A DNA stretch of 62,835 nt from Candidatus Nealsonbacteria bacterium RIFCSPLOWO2_01_FULL_43_32 (GTDB taxonomy: Bacteria; Patescibacteriota; Minisyncoccia; Minisyncoccales; MHMH01). Below, in pieces: positions 47,489 through 56,680 of the stretch. Every line of letters begins with the position of its first letter. The stretch's first letter is position 1. Made by a program: the position numbers and the translations under genes. Under the pieces are notes generated by a model that was not told the DNA's origin, did no database searches, and was given only the letters and a program-made list of their open reading frames with translations. The stretch covers positions 1 through 62,835 of the forward strand of contig MHMH01000021.1 in the NCBI GenBank assembly GCA_001819335.1. The letters are read 5' to 3'.

Positions 47489-48396
47489 ATTTTGTTTTTA
47501 ATATAACCCATCTCTTTTAGCAAGTCTCTGATTGATCTTCTGACGGCTTCTTTTGAGATTAATTTTGGCTCCCAGCCTAATTGATTTATCTTTTCAGTAT
47601 TTATCCTGACTTTCGGCACATCGCCTTTCCAACCCCTGGGGCTAGTGCCAAAATGCATTTTCACGTTTTTTAAGCCCATCTCGTTAATTGTTATCTTAGC
47701 GATTGTTTTAACATCAACAAAAGTATCTGACGCTAAATTAAATAAATTAACTTTATCGTTTGATTTTTCAATCGCTAAAATTATGGCATTGATTAAATCG
47801 TCGACGTAAAGATAGGATTTGCTTTGGCTGCCGTCACCGAGAATTTGTAAGTTTTTGGGGTCGTTTTTTAATTTTCTTATAAAATCATAACCTACGCCAT
47901 GGGTCTGGCGGCGGCCCACAATATTGGCTGGCCGGAAAATCCACGACTGCATGCCATACATATTGCAGTAAGCTGAAATCAGGGCTTCAGCCGCTAATTT
48001 ACTGGCGCCATACATTGAAACTGGCAGTAGGGGGCCAAAATTCTCTTTGGTGTATTTTGTTCCTTGGTCCCCGTAAACTCCGCTCCCTGAAGTATAGACA
48101 ATCTTTTTGATATTATTCTGCCTCATTGCTTCTAAAACATTAAAGGTGGTAATAATTCCCTGGTCTAAATCCAACTTCGGGTATTTCTCGCTCTTAGCGA
48201 TGTCGGGATTAGAAGCTAAATGGAAAACAAAATTATGGTTTTTTATCGCTTTTTTAAGTTTTTCGAAATCAAGCAGATCTTCCCCGTTTCTTATATCGTA
48301 TACGGCGATCTGGTTTTGTTTGCCCAACCTTTCGACCAAATTGCTCCCTATAAAACCGGCTCCTCCGGTAATGAAAATTTTCTTTTTATTTAACAT
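47485..48396 (-). CDS. NAD-dependent nucleotide-sugar epimerase/dehydratase
   Basis: TGGAGFIGS, YGASKLAAE, RPANIVG...HGV..DF, GDGSQSKSYLYV and GWKGDV. Confidence 0.93.
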   Translation of the reverse strand: MLNKKKIFITGGAGFIGSNLVERLGKQNQIAVYDIRNGEDLLDFEKLKKAIKNHNFVFHLASNPDIAKSEKYPKLDLDQGIITTFNVLEAMRQNNIKKIVYTSGSGVYGDQGTKYTKENFGPLLPVSMYGASKLAAEALISAYCNMYGMQSWIFRPANIVGRRQTHGVGYDFIRKLKNDPKNLQILGDGSQSKSYLYVDDLINAIILAIEKSNDKVNLFNLASDTFVDVKTIAKITINEMGLKNVKMHFGTSPRGWKGDVPKVRINTEKINQLGWEPKLISKEAVRRSIRDLLKEMGYIKNKI

Positions 48397-49102
48397 ATTT
48401 TTCCACCGATATTAAAACTGATGAACACTGCCATTTTAATATGGGCAAACGTTCCATAACCTCGCTTATCCAGACAGCCGGTTTTGTGAAAATAAGCGGG
48501 GTAAATGAGAAAACGGCCAAAAATGGCTTAAGGTGAATCTTTCTTATTTCGGGGTGAGTAAAAAAAGAAATATATTGCCTTGGCGTATAAGATAACTCGT
48601 GAACCATTTTGTATCTGGGAGTTTTTTCAAGTAGTTTCCTGATTAAGCATGAGCCGTTAGCTTCAATTAAAAAAACTTCTTTCTTGGCTACTCTGATCAT
48701 TTCCAAAGCCATTTTGCGGGGATTATAGACATGATGCATGGCGTCAAAACAACAAACAACATCAAAAAAATTATCTTCAAATTCTAATTTCTCAGCATCC
48801 ATCTTAAGCGCCTCAATACCTTTTTCTTTCAACCTTTTAACCCCCTCATCCGATATTTCAGTGGCAACATATTTTCTACAGTTTAATTTTTCCATAATCA
48901 ATTTGGTCAAATAACCATCGCCAGCTCCCACCTCTAAAATGGTGGGGTTTTTATCTCTAAAATATTCGGTAAATAAAGATGCATATTTGGGCACTTTATA
49001 CCTCAAACTGATCTCGCCTTCCCAGATTTGGTGGAAATTATTTCCTCGATAGAATTGATCGTAAGAATCGACCATTCTTTTTTGCCGTTCTGTTTCTACC
49101 AT
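48386..49102 (-). CDS. Class I SAM-dependent methyltransferase
   Basis: LEVGAGDG, MDAEKLEF.DN.FDVV and MHHV. Confidence 0.9.
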   Translation of the reverse strand: MVETERQKRMVDSYDQFYRGNNFHQIWEGEISLRYKVPKYASLFTEYFRDKNPTILEVGAGDGYLTKLIMEKLNCRKYVATEISDEGVKRLKEKGIEALKMDAEKLEFEDNFFDVVCCFDAMHHVYNPRKMALEMIRVAKKEVFLIEANGSCLIRKLLEKTPRYKMVHELSYTPRQYISFFTHPEIRKIHLKPFLAVFSFTPLIFTKPAVWISEVMERLPILKWQCSSVLISVEKYVK

Positions 49103-49106
49103 ATAT

Positions 49107-50540
49107 TTACCTTAAATTCTGAAAGGCTTTAAAACCTTGTCTTACTTTCAGAAAATATTTGAATCCCTGCAACGGAGGAACGCCCATAAATCTCATCTCT
49201 AAGTAGCTATCGTACATTCGGCTCCTGCCGAACCTCCCGATGGGGAAAAAAGATAAAAATCTGAATAGCGGTTCCAAAAAGGGAAACTTTAGCATGATAT
49301 TAAAAAATGCCGATAATCTGATCATTCTTTCCATATCGGGAGAATGAATCGCCACATCTTCTAATCTGGTGGGATTAAAATTATCTATTTCGGGAGCATG
49401 ATCGATATAATTATTTTCCATCAACCAATCTATGATGGGTTGTTTTTTAGCCATATTATAAAGGGCGGCTCTGACGACATCGCTATTTAATTTTCTGGCA
49501 AAATGCAATGTTGCAAAAGCGTCTTTAATGGTTTCTCCGGGCAGATTTAACATTATGGCAGCAATGTGTTTTATCTTGTATTTTTTAAACAATTTTGAAG
49601 CTTTTTCAAAGTCTTCATTTTTTAAATGCTTGTTTAAAATTTTATTGCGAACGTTTTCGTTATGCGTCTCCAAGCCGTAAGTTACTCCGACGCAACCGGC
49701 TTCATGCATCATTTTTACCACTTCTTCATTAAGCATATTATCCACCCTCACAGTACAAGACCACGGGAGTCCTATTTCTTTGGCGTAACGTTCACAAAAT
49801 TCTTTAAACCACTCTTGGTAAAAATTAAAATTGTCATCGTGGAAATGAATTCTTTTAACCGTAGAAATCTTCTGCACCTCTTTTATTTCCAGAAAAACCC
49901 TATCGACGCTTTTCTTTCTCAAATAATTACCCTTTCCTTTATATACCTCTTTTAAGAACATGGCATTATAGCAAAAACTGCATTGGAATGGGCAGCCATA
50001 TCCGGTAATGAATCTTTTCAGCGGCAAATCTCTGACAATGGGATATTTTAAATACTGAGACCTATCGGGCAAGGGAAGAGAATCCAAATTCTCTATAAGC
50101 GGCCTGATTTCATTCCTGAAAATCTGGCCATCTTTTTTTACCCAGAGGTTCTTAATCTGAGAATAATCCCCTCTATTTTTAAGGGCGTCCAAGAGCTCAA
50201 TCAAAGCCTCCTCCCCGTCTCCTCGGCAGATGATATCAACGCAATCTTCTTTAATGCTTTCCTCCGGGAATAAGGTGACATGCGGCCCGCCAAATACGGT
50301 GAGCGCTCTCATATGCTTTCGAAGATATCTGGCCAGCCCAAAGCTGATATGATGTATGCCCGTACAGACTGAAAAACTAAGCAAGTCGGGGTTGAATTGT
50401 TTAACGCTCTCGATGATATCTTTCTCTTCGGAAATAATAAATAATTTATAATCGTGGTTCTTGGCTTTTAAAGCGCCCATTAAATTAGCCAAACCCAAGG
50501 ATTCATAAAATAAACTGTAATCAAATAAAGCGACTCTCAT
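49107..50540 (-). CDS. B12-binding-domain radical SAM protein
   Basis: ESLGL, GGPHVT, GDGE, GCPFQCSFC and HDDNF. Confidence 0.92.
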   Translation of the reverse strand: MRVALFDYSLFYESLGLANLMGALKAKNHDYKLFIISEEKDIIESVKQFNPDLLSFSVCTGIHHISFGLARYLRKHMRALTVFGGPHVTLFPEESIKEDCVDIICRGDGEEALIELLDALKNRGDYSQIKNLWVKKDGQIFRNEIRPLIENLDSLPLPDRSQYLKYPIVRDLPLKRFITGYGCPFQCSFCYNAMFLKEVYKGKGNYLRKKSVDRVFLEIKEVQKISTVKRIHFHDDNFNFYQEWFKEFCERYAKEIGLPWSCTVRVDNMLNEEVVKMMHEAGCVGVTYGLETHNENVRNKILNKHLKNEDFEKASKLFKKYKIKHIAAIMLNLPGETIKDAFATLHFARKLNSDVVRAALYNMAKKQPIIDWLMENNYIDHAPEIDNFNPTRLEDVAIHSPDMERMIRLSAFFNIMLKFPFLEPLFRFLSFFPIGRFGRSRMYDSYLEMRFMGVPPLQGFKYFLKVRQGFKAFQNLR

Positions 50541-51592
50541 AAAAATGTCTTCCTATTTTTGAATTTCTTTTCCCTAAAGCTGTTTCCAATGTAATTCAGT
50601 ACTGTTTTAAAATCTCCACTCAAGATCATATTGTAATCATTGAATGATGTAAAAGAATAACAGCTTTGGCATTGATGGCTTAGGGTATTTTCAAACGCTT
50701 TCTTAAATCCCACTTCCATAAAATTTAATGGCGCAAACATGGGATTGCTTACCAAAGAAGAACAAGGATAAACCAACCCGTCGTAATCTACGATACACAT
50801 AAATTTTCCAGCATAGCAGGGAATATGGGCGGGGCTCAACTTTTTAATTGCGGTGGTATAAAGCTCTTGATAATCTGGCCACTGGAGTACGTAACGAAGT
50901 GCGTTATAAGACATTGATATGGGATAACCTTGTTTTTTATATTTAATCAGATTATTAAACAAATGTCTGATATCTTGAGAATCCGGCAAAAGGGGAAAAG
51001 CGCCTTGAAGAAAGGGCAGTAAAAACTCTGCCATGCAGCCATATTTCTTTGCCACCTCCAAAACAGATGGAATTGTCTGTATATTATCTTTAGATATCAG
51101 GGTGCTGGTGTGTACCGCCACTCCATTTTCTTTAGCGGCTTTGATGGCTTCAATGACTTTCCTATACGAACCCGCTCCCTTTCTCTTATCATGAATCTCT
51201 TCATTGCCATCTATGCTGATACAGACGGTGGTCAGTTTTTTTACAACATCCATCATATCTTTGACAAGGTGGCCGTTGGTATTCATGTTGGTCAGAATAC
51301 GATTCTTTCTCATGTGGCCCACAATCTTTCCGATGTCTTTTCTAACCAACGGCTCGCCGCCGCCAATATTAATTCTTTTCGTACCCAAACTTTTTAATTC
51401 ATTGACCAGGTCAATCCATTTTTCGGTAGGTATGTCTTGAGCTATTTGTTTTTTCGGATAAGAGCCGTAGCAATACTCACATTTAAGATTGCACCTATTG
51501 GTTATATTTATGTGGGCAACCAGCGGCTTAGGCTTTGAGTATCGGGATAATAATAAACTTTCCATGAATAGCGCTTTGTCTATGAATTCCAT
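50537..51592 (-). CDS. Radical SAM protein with SPASM/twitch domain
   Basis: CNLKCEYC, GGGEPL, TNG, SIDG and CYAG...DGLVYPC...CQSC. Confidence 0.92.
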   Translation of the reverse strand: MEFIDKALFMESLLLSRYSKPKPLVAHINITNRCNLKCEYCYGSYPKKQIAQDIPTEKWIDLVNELKSLGTKRINIGGGEPLVRKDIGKIVGHMRKNRILTNMNTNGHLVKDMMDVVKKLTTVCISIDGNEEIHDKRKGAGSYRKVIEAIKAAKENGVAVHTSTLISKDNIQTIPSVLEVAKKYGCMAEFLLPFLQGAFPLLPDSQDIRHLFNNLIKYKKQGYPISMSYNALRYVLQWPDYQELYTTAIKKLSPAHIPCYAGKFMCIVDYDGLVYPCSSLVSNPMFAPLNFMEVGFKKAFENTLSHQCQSCYSFTSFNDYNMILSGDFKTVLNYIGNSFREKKFKNRKTFL

Positions 51593-53100
51593 ATTTTTTG
51601 TTTAAAAACTTTAAACTTTATTATTTTTTTAATCTGGAAAAAATAGTATTTAAGATAGTTGATTGCGGAATAGTCGTGCCTCGCCAAAGATACGTAGTGG
51701 TCGGCCAAAAATATCACAAATTTTCTCGGCAGATACTTAAAATATCTTTGCAGGCTATGATCCAGAATAAAATTAATGACAAACTTCGGAAGAACCGGCA
51801 TTATTCTGAAAAGAATTTGGTAATTTTTAAAAGTATTTTTTAATTTTTCATCTCTCAACGATCCCTGCTCCGTCTGATAAGTAGGCTCGTTGCCCTTTTC
51901 TATGCTTGCTATGTCTTTTTCTCCTATTAAGCCCGCTTTTTGGGCTATTTGCACCATGTCTGTTTTTGGAAAATAAGTCAACCAAAAAACCGTAATTCTA
52001 GAACACGACTTAAGCGTGGCATATATCCTTGCGGCTTCTATTTGCTCTTTCTCGGTTTCGTAAGGAAGCCCGAAAATATGGTCTATAGAATAATTAACCT
52101 TATATTTATCTAGCGCCGCAAAGCAAGCCATAATCTGCTTGTTCGTTTCAAAACGCTTTAAAATTTCGTTTCTTGTTTTTTGATTCATCGATTGTATGCC
52201 CAGCTGCACTCGATGAACTTTGGCTTCTTTTAAAGCCTTGGCGATATCATTATCCATGCATAAAGGATGGCTCAGAATCCTGAAAGGCAGGCCTATTTCT
52301 TGCTTATATCTTTTCAAAAAATCCAAAGTCCATTGCTTACCGACCGTGAATATATTATCCTTAAAATCCACCTCTTTAAACCCATACCTTTCTTTCATGA
52401 TTTTTAATTCTTTGATGATATTGTCGATACTCTTTCTTCTTAAATGCTGGCCCTGGCCTTCGTCAAATTTTCTTAAAAAATTATGCTCACAGTAAGTGCA
52501 ACTATAAGGACATCCCTTTTGCGTGACGGTCAAATAATGATTTTTCATTACCAATTCTTTTTCAAAAAGCTCTTTGTCGTATAGAGGCAGCTTATCTAAA
52601 TCCTGAAGAGGCCTCAATTCATTTTTTATTATTTGCCCGTCTTTTTTAAACCAGATGTTTTTTATGCCATAATCTACTTTTCCTTTCTCAATTGAATTAA
52701 CGAGTTCCAGCAGGGGCTGCTCTCCCTCTCCCAGGCAAACCACATCAACGCAGTCTTCTTTCAAAACCGTTTCCGGGCAGGCGGTTGGGAAAACGCCCCC
52801 AAAAATTACCGGCACATTTATGCTTTTTTTGATTTCCCGAGCCATATAAAGAGCCCACTTAAAATTATCCACAAAAACATTAACTCCGACCAAATCTGGC
52901 TTTGAGTTAATGATTTTTTTTATTAATTCTTTTTTGACATCAAATAATCTGGCTAAAAAGTCGATCTTATAATAAGTTTTATCGTCAAATAATGACGGGT
53001 CATAAGCTAAAGATACATCATGACCCGCTTCCTTTAACACGGCCGAGAGCGCCTCTATGCCCAAATTTTCAGCTCCCATAGCTAAAAAGGTTATTTTCAT
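51580..53100 (-). CDS. B12-binding-domain radical SAM protein
   Basis: ENLGIEALSA, GGVFPT, GEGE, KGCPYSCTYC and IFGLPYET. Confidence 0.92.
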   Translation of the reverse strand: MKITFLAMGAENLGIEALSAVLKEAGHDVSLAYDPSLFDDKTYYKIDFLARLFDVKKELIKKIINSKPDLVGVNVFVDNFKWALYMAREIKKSINVPVIFGGVFPTACPETVLKEDCVDVVCLGEGEQPLLELVNSIEKGKVDYGIKNIWFKKDGQIIKNELRPLQDLDKLPLYDKELFEKELVMKNHYLTVTQKGCPYSCTYCEHNFLRKFDEGQGQHLRRKSIDNIIKELKIMKERYGFKEVDFKDNIFTVGKQWTLDFLKRYKQEIGLPFRILSHPLCMDNDIAKALKEAKVHRVQLGIQSMNQKTRNEILKRFETNKQIMACFAALDKYKVNYSIDHIFGLPYETEKEQIEAARIYATLKSCSRITVFWLTYFPKTDMVQIAQKAGLIGEKDIASIEKGNEPTYQTEQGSLRDEKLKNTFKNYQILFRIMPVLPKFVINFILDHSLQRYFKYLPRKFVIFLADHYVSLARHDYSAINYLKYYFFQIKKIIKFKVFKQKIWNS

Positions 53101-53206
53101 ATGGCTTAATATTATGATATTTTGCCGGTTTTGGCAAACTTATTATTTATGGACCGGCGCAGGCTCGACAAGCTCACGAAAGCGGACTATACTTAAAATT
53201 AGTCCT

Positions 53207-53389
53207 ATGTTTTCTGCCGAAGAAAATAAAATATCCAAATTCTCGGTTATTAAAGAGCTCTGCGGTTTTTTAATGATCCGTAAAAAATGGTGGCTGATCC
53301 CGCTGGCGGTTCTTTTGATAATATTTGGCGCGTTGATCGTTTTTGTTGAAGGTTCGGCCTTAGCTCCGTTTATTTACACCATATTCTGA
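53207..53389 (+). CDS. DUF5989 / SxtK-like small membrane peptide (60 aa)
   Basis: ELCGFLMIRKKWWLIPL...GALIVFVEGSALAPFIYTIF; likely ATG at 53207, downstream of TCGACA-17 bp-TATACT. Confidence 0.88.
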   Translation: MFSAEENKISKFSVIKELCGFLMIRKKWWLIPLAVLLIIFGALIVFVEGSALAPFIYTIF

Positions 53390-53402
53390 AATAACGACCT
53401 CC

Positions 53403-55223
53403 ATGAATATTCTCGGCATTTCGGCATTTTATCATGACAGTGCCGCCGCTTTAATTAGAGACGGCGAAATTATTGCTGCTTGCCAAGAGGAAAGATTTAC
53501 CAGAAAAAAGCATGATTTTGGCTTTCCCTGGAATGCCATCGAGTATTGCTTAAAAGAAGGCAAAATTAAATCCCGGGATTTAGATTGCGTTGCTTTTTAC
53601 GAAAAACCTTTTTTGAAGTTTGAAAGGATTTTGGAAACCTATTTAACTTCGGCCCCTTTCGGCGTCAGATCTTTTCTTAAGGCGATGCCTTTGTGGACAA
53701 AACAGAAAATCTGGACGAAAATCTTGATTCAAAATAAACTCAGTGGGTTCGCGGGCAAAATTTTATTCTCCGAACACCATCTCTCCCACGCTGCCTCTGC
53801 CTTTTATCCCTCACCCTTTGCCCGGTCGGCAATTATCACCGCCGATGCGGTCGGAGAATGGGCCACCGCCAGCATCGGCCGGGGCGAAAAAAACAAGATT
53901 GAGATATTGGAAGAAATAAACTTTCCCCATTCTTTGGGGATGCTTTATTCTGCTTTCACCTATTTCACCGGCTTTAAGGTCAATTCTGCCGAATACAAGG
54001 TTATGGGCTTGGCTCCCTATGGCCAACCCAAATATGTCCGGGTTATTTTAGATAATTTAATTGACCTGAAGGAAGACGGCTCTTTTAAACTGAATATGAA
54101 ATACTTCGATTTTGCCGCAGGAGCAACCATGACCAATGAAAAATTTAATAAACTATTTGGCGGACCTCCCCGAAGCCAAGAAGGTCCTCTGACTCAACGA
54201 GAAATGGATTTAGCCCGCTCTCTTCAGGAAGTAATCGAAATGGCAATGCTAAGGATGGCTGGGCACGCGAAGAAAATTACCGGCTCCGAATACCTTTGTC
54301 TGGCCGGAGGGGTAGCTTTAAACTGCGCAGCCAACGGAAAAATTCTTAGAGAAAACATTTTTAAAGACATCTGGATTCAACCCGCTTCCGGCGATGCCGG
54401 CGGAGCCCTGGGAGCGGCCCTGGCCGTCTGGTATCAATATTTGGGAAAGGAAAGAATGGCGGGCGGAAAAGATGATTTCCAAAAAGGCTCTTATTTGGGG
54501 CCGGAATTCGGCGACGGAGAAGTTTTAGAGTTTTTGGAGAAACACAACATCCCTCATGCTAAATTATCAGAAGAAGAAATCATTAAAAAAACAGCGGAAT
54601 TGATGCAAGAAGGCAATGTCATCGGCTGGTTCCAGGGAAGAATGGAGTTCGGACCTCGAGCCCTGGGATCCAGAAGCATTCTGGGCGACGCTCGTTCTCC
54701 CGAAATGCAAAAGAAAATGAATTTAAAGATTAAATTCCGGGAATCATTCAGGCCCTTTGCCCCTTCGGTCATGGCCGAAGAAGCCCCGAACTTCTTTGAG
54801 ATTGACGGGCCGAGTCCCTACATGCTTTTGACGGCTTATGTCAGGCAAGGAATAAGAAAAGAAATAACTGCGGAGGAGGAAAAACGGTCCGGCCTCGATA
54901 AATTAAACACGGTTCGTTCCGAAATTCCGGCAGTCACTCACCTTGATTATTCGGCGCGGCTCCAAACCGTTGATAAAAACACCAATCCGAAATACTGGAA
55001 ATTAATAAAAGCTTTCCGGGATTTAACCGGCTGCCCGGTCATTGTTAACACCTCTTTTAATGTAAGGGGGGAACCGATCGTCTGCACCCCCATGGATGCC
55101 TATAAATGTTTTATGAGAACCGAAATGGATTATTTGGCGATAGGCAATTTTTTATTAAGCAAAAAGAACCAATCGGCGTTGCACGACGATATGAATTGGC
55201 AGGATATATTTGAACTGGATTAA
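53403..55223 (+). CDS. O-carbamoyltransferase (NodU/CmcH/SxtI family)
   Basis: ILGISAFYHDSAAAL, EERF.R.KH, EHHLSHAASAF, EYKVMGLAPYG, AGGVALNC, EFGPRALG.RSIL, KFRESFRPFAP and NTSFNVRGEPIV. Confidence 0.97.
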   Translation: MNILGISAFYHDSAAALIRDGEIIAACQEERFTRKKHDFGFPWNAIEYCLKEGKIKSRDLDCVAFYEKPFLKFERILETYLTSAPFGVRSFLKAMPLWTKQKIWTKILIQNKLSGFAGKILFSEHHLSHAASAFYPSPFARSAIITADAVGEWATASIGRGEKNKIEILEEINFPHSLGMLYSAFTYFTGFKVNSAEYKVMGLAPYGQPKYVRVILDNLIDLKEDGSFKLNMKYFDFAAGATMTNEKFNKLFGGPPRSQEGPLTQREMDLARSLQEVIEMAMLRMAGHAKKITGSEYLCLAGGVALNCAANGKILRENIFKDIWIQPASGDAGGALGAALAVWYQYLGKERMAGGKDDFQKGSYLGPEFGDGEVLEFLEKHNIPHAKLSEEEIIKKTAELMQEGNVIGWFQGRMEFGPRALGSRSILGDARSPEMQKKMNLKIKFRESFRPFAPSVMAEEAPNFFEIDGPSPYMLLTAYVRQGIRKEITAEEEKRSGLDKLNTVRSEIPAVTHLDYSARLQTVDKNTNPKYWKLIKAFRDLTGCPVIVNTSFNVRGEPIVCTPMDAYKCFMRTEMDYLAIGNFLLSKKNQSALHDDMNWQDIFELD

Positions 55224-56283
55224 AAACGTGAGCGGTTTAAACCAAGCTGAAAATTTAACGCACATGATTGACCACGCCGATATTTTTATTTGTCCTGCCT
55301 GCGGAGGAGAGGGAGAGTTAAAAATAATCGATGATAATATAGAATGTCCGGGGTGCCGCAACCGTTATCGGGTTGAAGACGGTATTCCGCTTCTTTTTTG
55401 GCCAAACGAATGGAATCCCACGAGGGAAGATGTTACCGATAAAATAAAGTCATTTTACGAAAAAACGCCTTTCCCGAATTATGAAGATTTTGAGGATGTA
55501 GGAAGCCTTATCCAAAAAGCCAAGACGGGGATTTTTGCCCGATTGCTAAACGAACAGATTCCCTTTAATATAAGGGTATTGGAAGCAGGATGCGGCACGG
55601 GCCAGCTCAGCAATTTTTTGGGGACCTCCCACAGGCATGTTTTCGGTACCGACATCTGTCTCAATGCGCTGAAATTAGGCCAGAATTTTAAGATAAAAAA
55701 TGGCTTGGAAAGAGTGGGCTTCTATCAAATGAATTTATTCAGGCCGATTTTTAGAAGAGAAAGCTTCCACCTGGTAATTTGCAACGGAGTTTTACATCAT
55801 ACCAGCGATCCCTATTTGGGATTCGAATCATTGGCTAAGCTGGTAAAGAAAGACGGATATATTATTATCGGTCTTTACAATCGATACGGCAGGTTTATTG
55901 CCGACGTCCGCCATTTTATGTTTAATGTATTCGGAGACCGCTTTAAATTTTTAGACCCTCGTTTGAGAAATAAAGGCATTAATGATATCAGAAAATCTAC
56001 CTGGTTTATGGACCAATATAAGAATCCCCACGAATCTAAACATAGCGTGGGAGAGGTTTTAAAATGGTTTGACCAGACCGGGTTCGAATTTATCAACAGC
56101 ATACCAAAAACGAAAGTTTTTACGGATTTATCTGAACAAGAAAAATTGTTCAGGCCCAATCCCCGCGGGAATCGTCTTGACCATTTCCTGATTCAGTTTC
56201 GGTTGATGCTTACGGGAGGCCGGGAAGGAGGATTTTTTTTAATGATCGGCCGAAAGCAATCAAACAATAATAAAAATGGATAA
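55210..56283 (+). CDS. SAM-dependent methyltransferase with N-terminal Trm112-like zinc ribbon
   Basis: CPAC...CPGC..RY.V.DGIP, FYEKTPFPNY, LEAGCGTGQ and GVLHHT. Confidence 0.88.
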   Translation: MNWIKNVSGLNQAENLTHMIDHADIFICPACGGEGELKIIDDNIECPGCRNRYRVEDGIPLLFWPNEWNPTREDVTDKIKSFYEKTPFPNYEDFEDVGSLIQKAKTGIFARLLNEQIPFNIRVLEAGCGTGQLSNFLGTSHRHVFGTDICLNALKLGQNFKIKNGLERVGFYQMNLFRPIFRRESFHLVICNGVLHHTSDPYLGFESLAKLVKKDGYIIIGLYNRYGRFIADVRHFMFNVFGDRFKFLDPRLRNKGINDIRKSTWFMDQYKNPHESKHSVGEVLKWFDQTGFEFINSIPKTKVFTDLSEQEKLFRPNPRGNRLDHFLIQFRLMLTGGREGGFFLMIGRKQSNNNKNG

Positions 56284-56680
56284 ATCAAAATTTGGAAATA
56301 AAAAAGAGTGGCGGAAGTTTGGAATCGGCTTGGCGGTTATGCTTTGCTCAATCGGGACCCTGCAATTCATTTTTGACAAGGATTTGTATCCGTATTTTTA
56401 TTTTGCGGCCGCAATGATTTTTTCGGCCAGTCTGATATTTCCGGCGTTGCTTTACCCCGTTTTCGTTGTATTTTGCCGCGTTGGGGTTGGCTTGGGTCTA
56501 TTTACCACCAAACTGGTGTTAATTCTGCTTTTCTATTTTTTATTCGCGCCCCTTGGATTTTTGTTAAAGATGACCGGAAAAGATTTTCTGGATTTAAAAT
56601 TAAATAAGGCGGCCGACACCTATTGGAAAAAAAGAAAAACCGCTGAATTCGATAAAAAGAGTTATGAAAATCAATTTTAG
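56276..56680 (+). CDS. SxtJ-family membrane protein
   Basis: RKFG...P.LL.P...LG....L...FY...P.G.....GKD.L......TYW......YENQF. Confidence 0.85.
   Translation: MDKSKFGNKKEWRKFGIGLAVMLCSIGTLQFIFDKDLYPYFYFAAAMIFSASLIFPALLYPVFVVFCRVGVGLGLFTTKLVLILLFYFLFAPLGFLLKMTGKDFLDLKLNKAADTYWKKRKTAEFDKKSYENQF

Noticed and set aside
53057..53206. N-terminal extension of the 110-aa ORF at 53057
   Set aside because: It overlaps the divergent rSAM start and both promoters; the DUF5989-like part begins at the ATG at 53207.
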